Under the pieces are notes generated by a model. The model searched no databases. It saw only the letters and a program-made list of their open reading frames with translations, and was not told the origin of the DNA. From the IMG/VR virus record IMGVR_UViG_3300045988_025287, positions 32,001 to 96,000 of that record: DNA of 64,000 bases. One strand, written 5' to 3'. The stretch comes from a virus. Made by a program: the position numbers and the translations under genes. Numbering within the stretch: the stretch's first letter is position 1; the number at the start of each line of letters is the position of its first letter. Of the stretch, positions 48,401 through 62,953 are shown piece after piece.

Positions 48401-51400
48401 ATCTTAAGTATACCTTTATTGTTTCTAAAGGCAGTTATAACACTATTAAAATTCTTAATTACAGTATCAAGAGCTTTTTTAGATCCTTCTTCGGCTATTA
48501 TTACGCCTTCTTTATCGTATTTAAATAATCCAGCATTAGTAAATAATGCTTGAGACCATACTTTAGGGTAAGTAGCTGCCTTAACATCGACAGTGTTGTC
48601 TACGAGTTCATGCTTAATAAAACCAGTCTCTGGATCTTTACTTATCTTAGCAGTTACATAATTGTTTATATCACAGGTAACCACTGTCTCTATTTTGGTA
48701 AGCATAGCTTCAGCATCAGCAGCCTTAACTAAATCTTCTTTCTGATTAGAATCTTTAATCAGTCTGTTAAGTTTAAATAATAAAGCAGAATGAAAAGCAC
48801 TACCATTTTGAGCATAAGTAGCTACTTTATCAACTATATTAGCTATAGTACGACACCCGGACAAATCTTTAAGTATATTGTCCCATGCAGTTTTAGCATC
48901 AACAAAATTAGCAAAATGAGTAATAGGATCTATCTTCATAGACATGGAGCCGTCTGGGCTAATTTCATATAGAGGTATAGTTTGGAAGAAGAACTTAACC
49001 TCTGCAGGAGCATTATCCTTAATGGATATATTCATACCTTCTACTGTATGCTATCCTATATTAACTCTTTCCGCTCCCTCTTCTATATCACTTATAGTTT
49101 CATCCTCATTACGATCTATAGCTCTAATACCTAGTTGTTTTAATCTAGTAGCTATAGTTGGCATAAATACAGTCTCATATTTCTCAAGAATCTCATCCAT
49201 TACAGGAGAAGGATAAGTTCTAGCTTGCGCTTCTATAATAAGCTTAAGCCTTTCAAATTGTTGATTATCCTCAGACAATGCTGAATATTCAATATTAGGC
49301 ACTGCAGTTTGTCCATTTACTCTAAAGAATGCATATGTGAGAGACTTGATTATATTATCAAATTGATTGTATTGAGTAATTGTTTTTAACTCATAACCAG
49401 CTACTTCTAGATTAGGACCAGATGTACCATATATTTGTCTAAATCTATTTACATTCTCTTCGTTAGGCTTAATTCCATAGAACTTTCCCCTATTAATATC
49501 AGAATATATCTTAGCTAATGCATATTGACCAGTTCTAGCCCACAGCTTAATAAAATCTAAAATCCTTCTAAACCAATTCTTAGTATCAAAAGCATAGCTT
49601 CCAGCTTCATTTAACATAAAGTCTCTAAATTGATCTGCTAAAGCCTCTTCTATTTGAGAATCCGTCATTTGAGGATTCTTTTTTCTCATTCTATTATATA
49701 TTCTTTCTCTTCTTTTATTATCTATCAAGAGTAAAGAAACTCTATGCCATGCTTCATGATACTCTGTACCTACAGGGGCAAAATTACTAATTAATACAGA
49801 ATCTTCTATTACTCTACCTACTACAGCTGTACCAGCTTCTGTAACATCTATTATAGTAGGAATAATCTGAGGAGATGTTCCAAAAGTAGAACTTAACCAT
49901 TCTTTGGCTTGTTCTGGATCTATTCTTTCATTTACCCATAGAGTATTGTCTTCCTATACTTCTACCTCCATATTAGGGCCTCGTTTCTTCCCATCTAATA
50001 TAGCAAATATATCTGCCATATTCACAGAAGTCTACTTACCACTTTCATCTGGTAGAGTAAATACTTTAGTTTTAATAGGATCTTCGTATTCTTTCTCTAC
50101 CTTTTGTTGAGCTTGCTACTGTATCTTTTCAGCAGCTTTATCTGCTAACATTACATCATCAACATATATATTAGAATCCCATAACTCATCAGCTATATCA
50201 GTAAGTAATATACCTTGTTTGATATACCATCCTAAAGTACTCATACCGTTAGGATGTTTACTGTCGATAGTTTTACGACCATTACTTCCTGGAATTATAC
50301 CAAATTCACTCTAATCTAACTCTATTAAACCAGGGATAATAGTAAGCTTATCTATGTTGCTATTCTTTAAGAACGCAGCAACTGACTTAAATCTAGGATC
50401 TGTTACCTGTGATTGTAAATCTCCTCCTAAGTAATAAGTATTAAGTGCTTGTTCATCTATATTCCAATGGAAATTAGACATTATATAATTTTTAGCTTGT
50501 TGTCTAATATCCGGTTGACTAACTAAGTCACTTATACTATAGCTAGTATTACCTATTACTAAGTTGCCATTATCATTTACAAAAAATTGTTTTCTTTGTT
50601 TGGCTTGAATCTGTTGGGGAGTAAATCTGGTATCATTAGGATTTACAGCAGTATGAGGACCAAAGTTTACTATAAAATCTAATATATCAATAGGTCTAAT
50701 ATTAGTCTTAACTCCTTTAGCATCAGTATAGAATTGATCGTTACTAGTAACTAAATCTAATATCAGATCCGCTATTTGAGGTTTATCTGCAAATGTCTAA
50801 TAGTTCAATTTAACTAGCTTAGTATCGTATTCTCCATCTAATCTAGGAACTTTTAATACCCACATGGGTTGACCAAGACTACCACCTTTTACAGATAATA
50901 TAGTGTTTCTTAATCTTATTACTTCATTGTTTATAGGACCAGTAGTTATACCTATCTACGTATTATCTGGGGTTATCTCAAATGGATCTTTTATAGTTAA
51001 CCATGCTGAATCTAGTAAGCTTCTATTCTTAGGGCTGTTATCTGGATTTTTTTCATTTCTAAATCTTCCAGTAGTAGCTCTAAGAGCTGTAGGAACTACC
51101 TCAAGGTTTGGATTCTTTTTAGTTTGTTCATACAGTTCTATAATCTTATTTCTCAATCTGACCAGATTATCTACAATCTTAGTCTATTTTTCAAACGGTA
51201 GCCTATTAAACGGGCTATATCTACCTCTAAGACCACCTTCAACAGTTTTAATAGCTCCGGCGTATTTTTTACCTTTGTAATCAAATATAGCATAAATAGC
51301 AGGTTCTACTTTTCCGTCTTTATTAGTATAATCGTGTACTTCAAAGTGAACCCCGTTGTTCATTACTTCAGGTATAAAGTCAGGTTTACTACTTACTAAC

Positions 51401-54400
51401 GATAAATCATCATCATTAAGGTAGTCTTCCATTCCTTGATATCTCTTAGATATTCTAATGTAATTACCATTAGCATCTCTAGAACCTTCACTTAATCTGT
51501 AATTAATTTCATGAGAATATGGGTCTTCATCTTTATCATATGTTAATTCCTATGTATTTACAGTAGTGGGCTATTCTACTGGTATCTATTCCTGCTGAGG
51601 CTGCTGTGACTGTTGCAAACTACTAGCTGCTTCTGCTCCTAGCCAATCACCCATTATACTAGCTAATGTTGGTAATTCTGCTTGAGTTGGCTGTTCTTGT
51701 GTAGGTGTAGCAGGTACTTCTGGAATAGCATCTGCACTCTTAGTAGGAGTATCGTCATTCTGCTTTACTACTTTCTATCTTTCTTCTGATTTTATTTCCT
51801 CTAACTTTTCTGCAGCCTATTGCTCCTCCTATCTAGCTTGCTTCATTTCTTCAAGTCTAGCAGGAGCCTAATCTTTTATACGTTGCGCTATTTTACTGTG
51901 ACTCTAAATAATAAACTTTGACAATTCTACTTGAGAGTTAAGAGTGTCTGCTAGTCTATTAGCTCTACTAGAATTACCATTAGTATACAGCTCTTCTTCT
52001 AACTACATTCTAGTATCTCTCATATCTTCCCATAGATTCTTTAATCCGTCTTCAGAATTCTCCATAAACTTAGATGCGCTATACTCCTGATAATTCTACC
52101 TATTTGGATATAGGTAAGAATAAATATCTTTCATAGCTTGACCTGCATTAGCATACGATTTACCAGCTTTGTATTTAGCACTAGGTACAAGAACAACATC
52201 TCCTTTAGAGTTCCTTTCTTGTTCAAAGTATTTATTACGTATTGCACTAGCGTTCTATCTTGCCTCTGTTATATCTTCTGGTTCAGTTGCTACATCTTCA
52301 GCAGTATACTACGCTTTACTTTCTGCAGCAATGGTAGGTTCAGGATTGGTAACTTCAGGTGTTGTTGTAACCTCTACAGGTTCTGGAGTTATTTCTTCAC
52401 TATCTATTACTTCATCCTCTTGCTTCTTTCCAGAGTATAAATCATCCAACTCCTATACAAAAGTATCTTCCTGATCTTCCACATCTAGCCACTTATTGAT
52501 TTTTGCTATAGCACCTTTAGGACTATTCATAGCATCTCTCTCAGCTTTAGCTCTTTCAAAATCAAGATTTGCTATAATTTCTTTTTCTTGTAAGTCCTTA
52601 AGAGTCTGATGAAGGTTAGGAACATTTAATTGTTCCTCTGTGATACCTAAGTCTTCTGTTTCTTTACGCAGCTATTGATAAACATCATCTATCTGTTGTT
52701 TATCTTTATTTAACAAATGTTTAAATTTGATAACATCAGACTTAGAAGTACGTATGCCCGTATTTTTCTCTAATTCAGACAGCTTGTTACCATTACTGGT
52801 ATAATCAGTTATGAGTTGATCATATAACTCAGTCTGTGATTTTAATCTGATTAAATTACGAATAGCTACTTCTTGATCAGGGGTTACATCAGGCTTAATA
52901 GAAGATATATACTGGGATATTTCAGGACTATACATTAACTAGTCTACCTCTGATGTTATATTAGCTCTATTATTAGCAGCTTCAGTAAGTAACGCTTCGT
53001 GGTGTTCTTTTAATGCTACAAATACATCATACTCTTCTGTTCTAGGATCTATTCCTGCTTTCATTGCTTGACTCATAGTGACAGGAGAAGTATACATATT
53101 TCTAATGAGTTCTGCCCTCTTTCTCTCGTTCTATATATCCTGTATATCTAATCCTTCTGTTCTAGATACTATATTTTCAGCTTCATCAAAAGAACTCATA
53201 AGGTTATCATATTTACCAGTTCTAATGAAACTACTATACATGGCATTCTTTCTAACTCTATCTTTAGCATCCATCTATTCTGCATACAAAGCAGATACAA
53301 ATTGGTCAGTAGGTAATTGATTATTTATTTGTATTGCTGCAGATGGAGCACCGTATACAGTAGTCATTAAACCTCCCAACAATGCACCGCCTTTAAAGTT
53401 TTCCATGAATTCCTAATCATTTGAATACACAGGATCCCACGGAGTAATAGCTGCAAATACAGCACGAGCTCCAGTACCAATGTTACGTATAAAACTCTTT
53501 ACTAGATTTGGATCAGCATCAAAATTATTGTCTATATATCTCTATCCCTTAATGTACTGAACACCTTCTTCAGCTCCTTCTAGTATACCATATACTAATA
53601 TACGACCACCTAAATCAGTAATGGCTCTACGTTTAGTTCTCATAGGTAATCTACCTACATTATCTAAGCCAAAAGAAGTTATATCGTCTATTCTATTAGA
53701 TAATTGCTCTTGCAATCCCTTCTTTAGTTTAGTACCTTTATCAGCTAAAGTCTTTAAACCTTTTACTTTTTTAGCCATAGAACCTATAGGTACTACTTCT
53801 ATTGCTTGTTGGGCTATATCACTAATCGATAAAGCCATGTTATCTATATATAGAGATCTCAAACCTTCTCTATTATCTAGCATAGCTTTATTAAACTTTC
53901 TATTATTTATTTTGATATCTCCAGAAAGTATACGGTCATATACATACTCATCATCATTAATTTGATCTGCGCTATAACCCTATTGAGCCATCTTAATCTT
54001 AGCATCAGCTAATACACTTTCGTCTACACCTAATTTCTTAGCTGTATTCTTTACTGACTGCTTGTAGTTCTAGAATACTTCAGCTTTAGACTCTCGATCT
54101 CTACTGTATAAATTAGATCCTATAGATATTAACGCAGCAACTCCTGCCACTAATGGATTACCAGCACTGGCAGCATAATAAGCAGATATAGTACCTAACA
54201 AAGAAGAACCGACAGAAGCAGCACTAGATCCTGCTAAACCCGGTAATTTGAATAACCAAGTGTCTATGTCAGAATAATCCATACCAGGCTTTTCTTTGTT
54301 CTTTCTATAATATTCTGAGGTTAACTTTTCATCAAATCTCTTAACTTTATCAGATTGTATTTCGGCATCTCTGAGAGAAATTATCCTCTTATTATAGATA

Positions 54401-54972
54401 TTATCATCTTTCATACTACCGTCAAGTCGAGTAATGGGATTGATTTCTTTATCTATTTCTATTAACGCGTTATCTAGATTGCCTTGTTTAAGACTACCTG
54501 TAATATAACTATTAAGATAGTTATTGTTAAATTTACCAGATATAGCAGTATCGTATGCAGATTTATTATTAACTTGCATTAATGATGCTTCCTACAGCTA
54601 TTGTTTTAATTGTTCATTAGTAGGATCCTAGCTTAACTATCTAGACAATTCTATTACTGCTCTACTAGAGTTTATATAATCTTTTAGGCTGATTAAGGTA
54701 TTATAATCCTAATCAGCCATCACATACTCTCCTAACTTAGCATCTCTTTCAGTTTGCGCTTTTGTTAAATTCCAATCATAGAATGCGTTAGAAGCCCAAT
54801 CTGTGAAACCATAATTGTCAAGTGCTTCTTCGTAATTAGCATCTGGATTAGCCATACGATGCATATACTCCTCAGTATTAATCTGAGGAGCTATCATAGC
54901 ATCATACATTGCTGTTCTTTGTCTAATACTATCTATTAATGATGTATCATATACTTTCTTTTTCTTTGCCAT
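42484..54972 (-). CDS. Giant protein (4162 codons) containing a virion RNA polymerase-like DFDID motif, about 60 in-frame TAG
   Basis: ATG at 54970-54972, TAA at 42484-42486. The hand scan of all 208 sequence lines in this frame found no TAA/TGA. GSDFDIDK at 45229-45243 resembles the catalytic DxDxD loop of crAss-like/N4-type virion RNAPs. Gly/Ala-rich hydrophobic segments near the N-terminus. Confidence 0.7.
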
Positions 54973-54974
54973 AT

Positions 54975-56948
54975 TTATCTGCCTAATAATTGTTGTGCTG
55001 ACGTCTGGTATTCATCTTTAGCTTGAGAAGATCCTCCAATACCACTAGAAGATCCTCCTTGCCATCTTTGATTTACTCTTTGCCAATACTCTGATGATGT
55101 ATATGAGTTAGGTAATGTTCTATAAGCATCTACTTCATAATATTCAACGCCATCTTGTCCTACTACTTCAGTTACTTTAGAAGCTCCAAATTGTTGCTTA
55201 AGAGCGCCTTTAGTAGTCTATCTGCCAAATGGCATAGAATAACTAGAAGCCATTTCACTAAACAACACAGGATAATTTACCCACATACCTGTTCCTAATG
55301 ATTCTTCAATTCTTTCTTTAGGTATTCTAAGTTTGCCGGATAAAGCCATACTTCCAGGCCCTGTCTTTACTACTTTATTATTTGGTATAAATTGAACTCC
55401 ACTTAATTGACCACTTTCTACTAACTCTCTAAACGGAAAACTAGTATCTCTTCCTATACCGGCATCTCTACGAGCTTTTCTACCAGGTCCTTCATTACCA
55501 GCAATCATACTAAATACTGTTTCCGGTAATAAGAATCCTTCTGTAGTATTAAATTGATATCCCTAATGTTTAATACCGTCACTATCTTGTATTTCTGTAG
55601 ATAATGCTCCAACACCCGTTAATAAGTCGTCTTTATCGAGTAATCCTACTGGCGCACTTACTTTATTAAGCGCAGCATTTACTCCTTTTAGATAAGATTT
55701 GGTACTAAATTCTTTACTATCCTAACTAGTTAACGGGGAGAAACCAGCTACTCTTTGGAATTCATCTCTTACTACATGCTTACTAGCTAAACTAACCATT
55801 TGATTCTATAACTGTTGAGCTCTATTACTAGCTGCTACTGCTGTTACATAGTCTTCATCGTTTCCAGTTTGTCTGTATCTAGTGCTGTATTCATTAGCTG
55901 CCTACACCATAGAACCATATTCATTCTGCATTCTATCTATATTGCGTAGACCTTTACGTGCATCGTCTGCAATTTTACTGTTAGGATACTTAGTGATCAA
56001 ACTAGATATATAGTCTCTATAACTATTAAACTTATTACCTATACCAGACATAGTGTTTCTAGTAATACTATCATTTAAAAAATCTAATCTAGTAGGATTA
56101 GGTCTTATTACTTCTTCATTACTTCCCCTGTTACTTTGTTTAGCCATAGCTAACCAATATGGGTCTACAGTATCTTGATTCACAATTCTATCTCTCTGTG
56201 AGTCAGCTATCATTCCTACGAATCTCTATCTAGCTAATTCAGCATCCCCTCCAGAAGCATCTAATGCTTCTCTATAATACTGTTGACCCTAAGGCGTACT
56301 AATTAAATCATTAAACTTAGCATCTGCAATATCGTACAATGTATCATAAGTAATGCCTACTCTATTGTATTTGACTCCATCTTTCCATACAGACCCTATT
56401 GAACTAGGTTTAAGATTACTAAAGTAAGGATTAGCTAGTTCATCTGCAGTCATATAACGTAATGGGGTAATTTGATCAAATACTCTTTTACTACCTAAAG
56501 TATCATAATTAGGTATATTTGCAGAATCCCAGCTTCGTTTATATCTTCCTTCTGCTTCCATTTTAGCTCTCATCTCAAGACCTGCCCTAAGATTATCAGC
56601 ACTTTCTTTGAGTAAACTTAAAGATCCGTAATCAGTATTACTAATTATAGATTGTAAATTAGCACGAAAACCTGCATCTTTTAAGGCATCTGGATTAGAA
56701 ACTATTTGATTAATAGCATCTTGTACATCTTGACGATTAATAGTTAAATTGTAGTAATTCTATGTGTCTATTGCAGATGGTGATCTAAATTCTCCAAACT
56801 TTTGTAACTAAGTATTAAACTATTGTGCAGCCTCATCTACAGCTTGCTTCTACGCTGCCCCTATTCTATATAATTCACCAAAGTTAATAGGTACATATGT
56901 ATTTAATATAGGAGCTTCCGCTGCTCTATCATATCTATTAGCCTACAT
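54975..56948 (-). CDS. Late protein (657 codons), 12 in-frame TAG including codon 2
   Basis: ATG at 56946-56948 with TAG at 56943. TAA at 54975-54977. Overlaps the upstream gene by 11 nt. Frame scanned by hand. Confidence 0.65.
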
Positions 56949-58779
56949 TGTTACCTCCTTTTCTTAACCATTTATTAAACTGTCTAATAGTATCTGCTGT
57001 ATAACCAGATTGCAAAAATGGAGCATACATAGCTAACATTGCATTATCTCTAGCTTCCTGATTACGCATTAACTCTCTATTCTGAGCCCATTGACTTAAC
57101 TGACTTAAACCAGTCCTAAGTATATTTCTAGCAGTAGCTCTATTCTGAGCATTAGCTTCATTAGCCATATTCGTAGCATTAACCCATTGCTGTCCTAAAC
57201 TATTCATAGTATTAGCATAATCACCTAAGTACTGATTGTTAACATTACTTTCTTGAGATCTTAAACTAGCTATAGCTCTGTCAGTATTAACAGCTGACTG
57301 TAATCTATAAGCTAAATTAGCTCCAGTACTAGTATTAATCTGACTAGCATTATAATTACTAGTAGCTCTATTACGGTTTAAATCTTCAATAGCAGGACTA
57401 ATATCATATCTACGTCTACGCATCGTATTACTAATACTAGTAGCATAAGGATTATATACTGCATCAACTGTTTCAGGTCTACTAGTAAATAGATTAGACA
57501 TAACAGGAGTTAAAGAAGCTATCCCTGACAATGCGCTTCCTACTTTATCAAATAATTTATTACGTCTGTCTGCTCTAGTTTCTCTATAACTAATATCATT
57601 AGGTGTAGCACTAGGAGACTCTACAGTATCATAGTCTGTATCATACACAGATTCTACTGTTGGAGCGTCATACCAAGTAAACGGTAATTCTGGTTTACCT
57701 TCATCAATTAATCCTGCACTTGTAGAAGGAGTAGTTCTGCGTCTCTTAACTGAAGTACTACTAACACTTGTAGGAGTTGTAGTTGATGCAGTTTGAGTAT
57801 TATTAGGGTTAACAGGTATATGATACCACTGATTATTACCAGTTCCCCACTGTACTCCAGCCCCCCATTTACGATTAGGGTTATAGATAGCATCTACTAT
57901 TCTATCTCCTAAACCAGGTTTAATCTCATCACCTAAAGCAGCTGCTTGTATCTACTTAGTCTTAGGTTTAATACCTTTACTTTGTTTAACAGATTCCTGC
58001 ATAGCAAATAACTAATCATGAATCATATTATTATTCATTTCATTTAATTTTGCTGCATTCTCTGCAAATCTGTCATTATACTTACTTTTCTTTTTTGCCA
58101 TCATTTTCTCACCAAGTTGTGCAAATGTTTCTTTTCTACCAGGTACTTTAAGCTTATCACTTAATACTCTACTGCCTTCAGGTAAACTAACTAAATTACT
58201 ATCAGTAGGATTATTATTCTCTGGTACTTTACTTATACTTCCATCTGGAGTCTATATTAATTCACCATCATCTACGTAAGCTAAAGAGGAAGACACTCCT
58301 CCATTAGCCATAGTATCTGTATTCATCCCTATCATATCTTCATATGCTTCACTTTGTAGGTAATTAGTACCTTGTACAGCAGCTCTATTACTATAAGCAT
58401 TCTTCTTAATTGCTGCTCTCTTTCTACGTAATCTTCTATTACCGAATGCTCCAATTAGACCACTACCAAGACTACCTTCATCATAATCTGTGAACGAAGT
58501 CATTTCAGCTTCTTCACCAGATCTGCCTATTAGCCCTATACCAGCTCCTACTGCAGCACCAATTGGACCAGCAACTTGGAAACCAGTAGCTGCACCACTG
58601 GCTATGTCACTTACAGATTGTGCAGCAGCTTGCCCTCCTGTAGTAGCGTTAGATTTCTAAAAAGGAGTAGTTAAAGTATTTAATATATCAGGAGCACTTT
58701 CAAGCATGTTATTCCCAATTTCTTTGAATTGAGTTCCAAATGCATATGCTGGTACTTTTGTTTTCTTTTTACTTTTCAT
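56938..58779 (-). CDS. Late protein (613 codons) with Gly/Ala-rich hydrophobic N-terminal region, 4 in-frame TAG
   Basis: ATG at 58777-58779, TAA at 56938-56940. MKSKKKTKVPAYAFG... then GAATGFQVAGPIGAAVGAGIGLIG. Possible ejection/internal protein. Confidence 0.65.
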
Positions 58780-58780
58780 A

Positions 58781-61700
58781 TTAAATTAATGAATTTCTGT
58801 ATGTTGTTGTAATCTATGGTATTTCAAAAGTATGATCTATATCAGAATCTAACTCATAATCGCATATCATATACTTACCTCTTAACCTAGCAGGTAACGA
58901 TAACGCATCTTCATTCTTATCTGCTCTAGGTACTGGGAATCTAAATGTATCTTCTCTATAATCAGTTATTATATGTTGTTCAGGAGTAATAACATTACCT
59001 TCTTCATCAAGTTCTTCTTTAGTATGTTCTCTAACTGATTCTTGATGTTTAGTACTGAATTTCATATAATCTATGATATCGTCCTTAATAGACTCTTGAT
59101 TACCATCTCTAAACTCTCCTTGTAATCTAACATTATCAAATACTTTAGTATAAGGAGCATTCTTATTAATAACTATTTCTAATTTAGCTTTTCTATCTAA
59201 AGGAGTTAACCCTATTACTCCAGTATCATGTATAGTATGCAATTCATTGTCTTTTATTGCTACTACTCTATCAGAAATAGGTAACGACCATTTAGGATTA
59301 AATGTATAGAAAGATGTAAATCTACCTAACTACTCATTAAATATTAATGGTTTGTTTAATATATTAAACCACACCTCATTATACTTCTTATCAAATAAAG
59401 ACATAGCTTTAGCCCTATCTTCTTTAATGTTTTTATTAAAGTAAGATTGTACCTGCTTTTCTTTAGATAACTAACTTACTTGACCTGTATAAGAACATAT
59501 TTCGTTCTTATCATAATCGTACCAATAAAGCACATTATCTGAATTAATTATACTCTTATCATTCTTAATAGACGAACCATTAGTAGTAGTTACATAGTCG
59601 AATCTACTTAATATACCACCAGTACCTAATACTAACTGATTTACATTATCATCAGTAATAAGTGACCTTTCATTGACAGAAGCTACTCCTACTCCAGTAT
59701 CTTGGAAATAGAATAGTCTATCTTTGAATACTTTTAGATTGGTTATGTCTCCCCACTGATTATCTACATCTAAGTAATCAGCTACTTTGAATTTAGACCA
59801 CTAATCTATTACTTCATTATTAGTCTTAGCCTATGAAGTTAATATTCTATTAGTATATCTTACATCTTTATCGGCATACATAGAATTAGGTACATACAAT
59901 TTACCAGTATTCTATGCAGAATAAACAGAATTATATACAAAGTAAGGAAGATCTTGTACATGTATGTCCTACATCTAAGTAGGCTCTAACTGCAACCAAG
60001 AATCTGCAAAATTTGAACTAGTTACTGTTCTATGAATCTGATCTCCGTGGAATAAATTCATATTAATAGAACTTTCAAATGGTATATAAGCTCCTATATA
60101 ATTCTTCATTCCGTCCCATTCTTTAGCGTCAGGTAATTGGAATAGCATAGTATTAGGATAATCTAATAAGCTTAGATAAGTATCTCCTCCAAATACATAC
60201 TTGCTGTCGTGCGCTGCTATACTTATGTATACAGAATTCTGTCTAGATGAGAATGTGTTACCACCATATATAGAATTACCATCACGTTTAACATTAAATA
60301 CAGGAATAGCATTAGTAGAATCAAAAGGATGAAGTTCTGGATATTTACTAGTAGGTACGCTATTAAATCCAGAGAATACATTCTATAATTCTGGTACATG
60401 GGCTATAATACACGGACCAGCTGGACCTTGTAATGATTGATTATCATTATGAATAAAGTCAGACATAGAGTAGTTAGTATAAGTTCTATTACCAACATTT
60501 ATTCTTTTAGCTACTACATCTGGAGCTCCATACATATTATAATCTATATTGGGTGGGTATTTAGCATCTTCAATATACGATGTAGATTGAGATTGTCCAA
60601 ATGTTGGAACGAAATATTTAGCTATTGATGCTCCACGGTATACCTTATTACCTCTACTATCTTGATAAGGGAAACCTACAGCAAGTACGTTAAGCCCCCA
60701 TCTCTAGCCATAACCTACATATGGCACAGTATCTTGCTGCAATACTCTACCATCTATCTGAGTAACGTAATCCGCCGCAGCAAATATACTACGACTTACA
60801 CTATTACCAATAGTATTACCATTTACATAGTTATCTTTAAAATCATCAAACTTGCTATCATTTACTTTACCACCTACAAATGGAGAATAGTATGAGCCTA
60901 TACCATCTAAGTATACACTTCCTTCAAACAGTTTAGTTGCATCATCCCCTTGTACACATATTTCTGGAGATACTAAACGTATATAATCATTTACTCTCAT
61001 AGTAAGAGAGAAATTACCAATATCTTCCGCTGTACCTGTTGATATTGCTAATTGTTCACCAATCAAACTACAGAAGAAAGGAGTAGGTCTCATCTCCAAA
61101 CTACTATCTAATTCAGATCCCTATCCTACATATTTATCCTGCTCTTGAATTCTATACTCATATACGTAACTACCTACTGTTTGCATAACTACAGTCCTAT
61201 CACGTTCAGTTCTATCACAACGAACTATCTCGTAACTCACTGCACCTACAGGCATCTTCTTTACTTTGAATTCTACACCTAGAGCATTACCTATAAGAGT
61301 ATTGTTTTCATATCTAAACGGAGGCATTTGTGAAGCATGAGGCATTCTAATATCACCTATCCAGAGTACAGGAGAAGCTACAGATTTATCATTATAGAAT
61401 ATTATACCAAATCTATATATCTCATCTCTTTGGTAACCTCTATAATTAGCAGCTATATATGGATCAGCATAATTGGGTATATATGGATTATTCTTCTATT
61501 CTTCAGTAGGCTGTACTATTTCAGGCATTTTATTATCGCCCCTGTTTATATACCTAGTATTATTCCTAACAGTAGGTACATCCATACTACAGGATTGATT
61601 CAATCTAAACTTATCTTGTTTACTACTTAGATTTATATCTGTAGTTACAAAGGAATACTCTATATTAATACCATAACCGCCTAATTCACCATCCTTGTTG

Positions 61701-62953
61701 TATATATATGTATTCTAAGAATTAGATGCATCCTTAGTATACTTTACATTGTTGAAAGGATTTATACAATCATGCGTAATAGGAATACGTTTAATAGCTT
61801 CATCATCTGTTATAGACAGACGAATGTTATTACTATCTAAACTAGATAATAGCTACACACTCCCTTCTGAATTAGCTCTGTAAGCTCTAGCATCATAGTC
61901 ATTACCATCTTCATCTTCTGGTATCCAAGTATTCTCTGTTACATTAGCTGCAAATAATCTATTTTGCATTTTAGCAAGAGTCTACGCTATAAACTGATAA
62001 CCAGTCATAGCATTGAATTCATCTACAGATATATCACTTAAAGTAGCTCCATAATCTACATACTGTATACTTGTTTGACCATCGGGTATATCTATCTCAT
62101 CTACTATACTAATAGTAGGGGTAGAATTATTCTGTTCATAGAATATACGAATTACTCTTAACTTATTAAAGTCCTAAAGTGATAATTCAGTAGATAGCAT
62201 TACTGATTTATTTGATGCTTTATTTAGACCAGTACCTTTATATTCAGAACTACCTTGGTTAGTTACACTATTTGTTAAGTGAATTAACTCACTCATTGGA
62301 GAAGTAACAGTTTCAGTGCCATGCACATTAAATAATTGATAACAATATGTTACCATTCCAGCTTTAAGATTACCTTCAGATAACCAACGGAATTTAAACG
62401 GCAATAAACTTACTACTGGAGTTATTTCTAATGAACCAGGGTTGATTATATTTCCATTCTCATCTATAAGATTAGAATTGTCTATATAATCATTACTCAT
62501 TATATTAACAATCTTGATAGGGCTATTTCCATCAGTGAAGTATATTTTTATATTAGTATCTGATTCATAGTTACCTACAATACTTAGTGTAGGATTTTTA
62601 GATAAATCTTCACACAATCCTAGAGCTCCTTTACATACTAATTTAATTTGAGGCATATTACTATCAAACCCCATTAATCTGTATATCTTATTAATGTTAT
62701 CGGATGTTTTAGTTATTACTACTGCAATGTCATTTATAGTAGTAGTACCTATTATAGTCTCATCTTTAGGTATAATAGTATCGTATCTTCTAGGGTTCTC
62801 TATACTTTGTAATACTCCTGTAGTTCCTCCATCGTTGGTGACAACACGGACATCCTCAGCATACCTGTACTGAGTATCCGGTATCAAATTTACATCCTGG
62901 TCCATATTAAGACCTTGTGTAAATGTATTAACTTGTGCAGTATTACTTATCAT
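58781..62953 (-). CDS. Large tail/virion structural protein (1390 codons), 16 in-frame TAG
   Basis: Start MISNTAQVNTFTQGLNMD at 62951-62953 (alternative ATG at 63016). TAA at 58781-58783. Frame scanned by hand: TAG only. Confidence 0.65.

Noticed and set aside
57708-57893. Frame-0 minus-strand ORF (61 aa) inside gene 56938..58779
   Set aside because: The overlapping frame-1 translation is continuous and protein-like across this region (…WGAGVQWGTGNNQWYHIPVNPNN…). The short ORF has a repetitive Leu/Gln composition.
38379-61630. Plus-strand ORFs in the late region (for example 38379..38669, 40920..41168, 48550..49216, 49904..50110, 50903..51280, 52138..52474, 53078..53320, 53621..53965, 60437..60895, 61337..61630)
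   Set aside because: They lie antisense to a continuous TAG-readthrough reading frame and have low-complexity Ser/Leu/Ile-rich translations typical of the reverse strand of AT-rich genes. None has a partner gene or start context.
37796-62953. Fragmentation of the late genes as pseudogenisation, frameshifts or sequencing errors
   Set aside because: Every one of about 130 interruptions is TAG, never TAA or TGA. The reading frame is preserved across all of them, and each reconstructed gene ends in TAA next to the following start. Random decay would give mixed stops and frame shifts.
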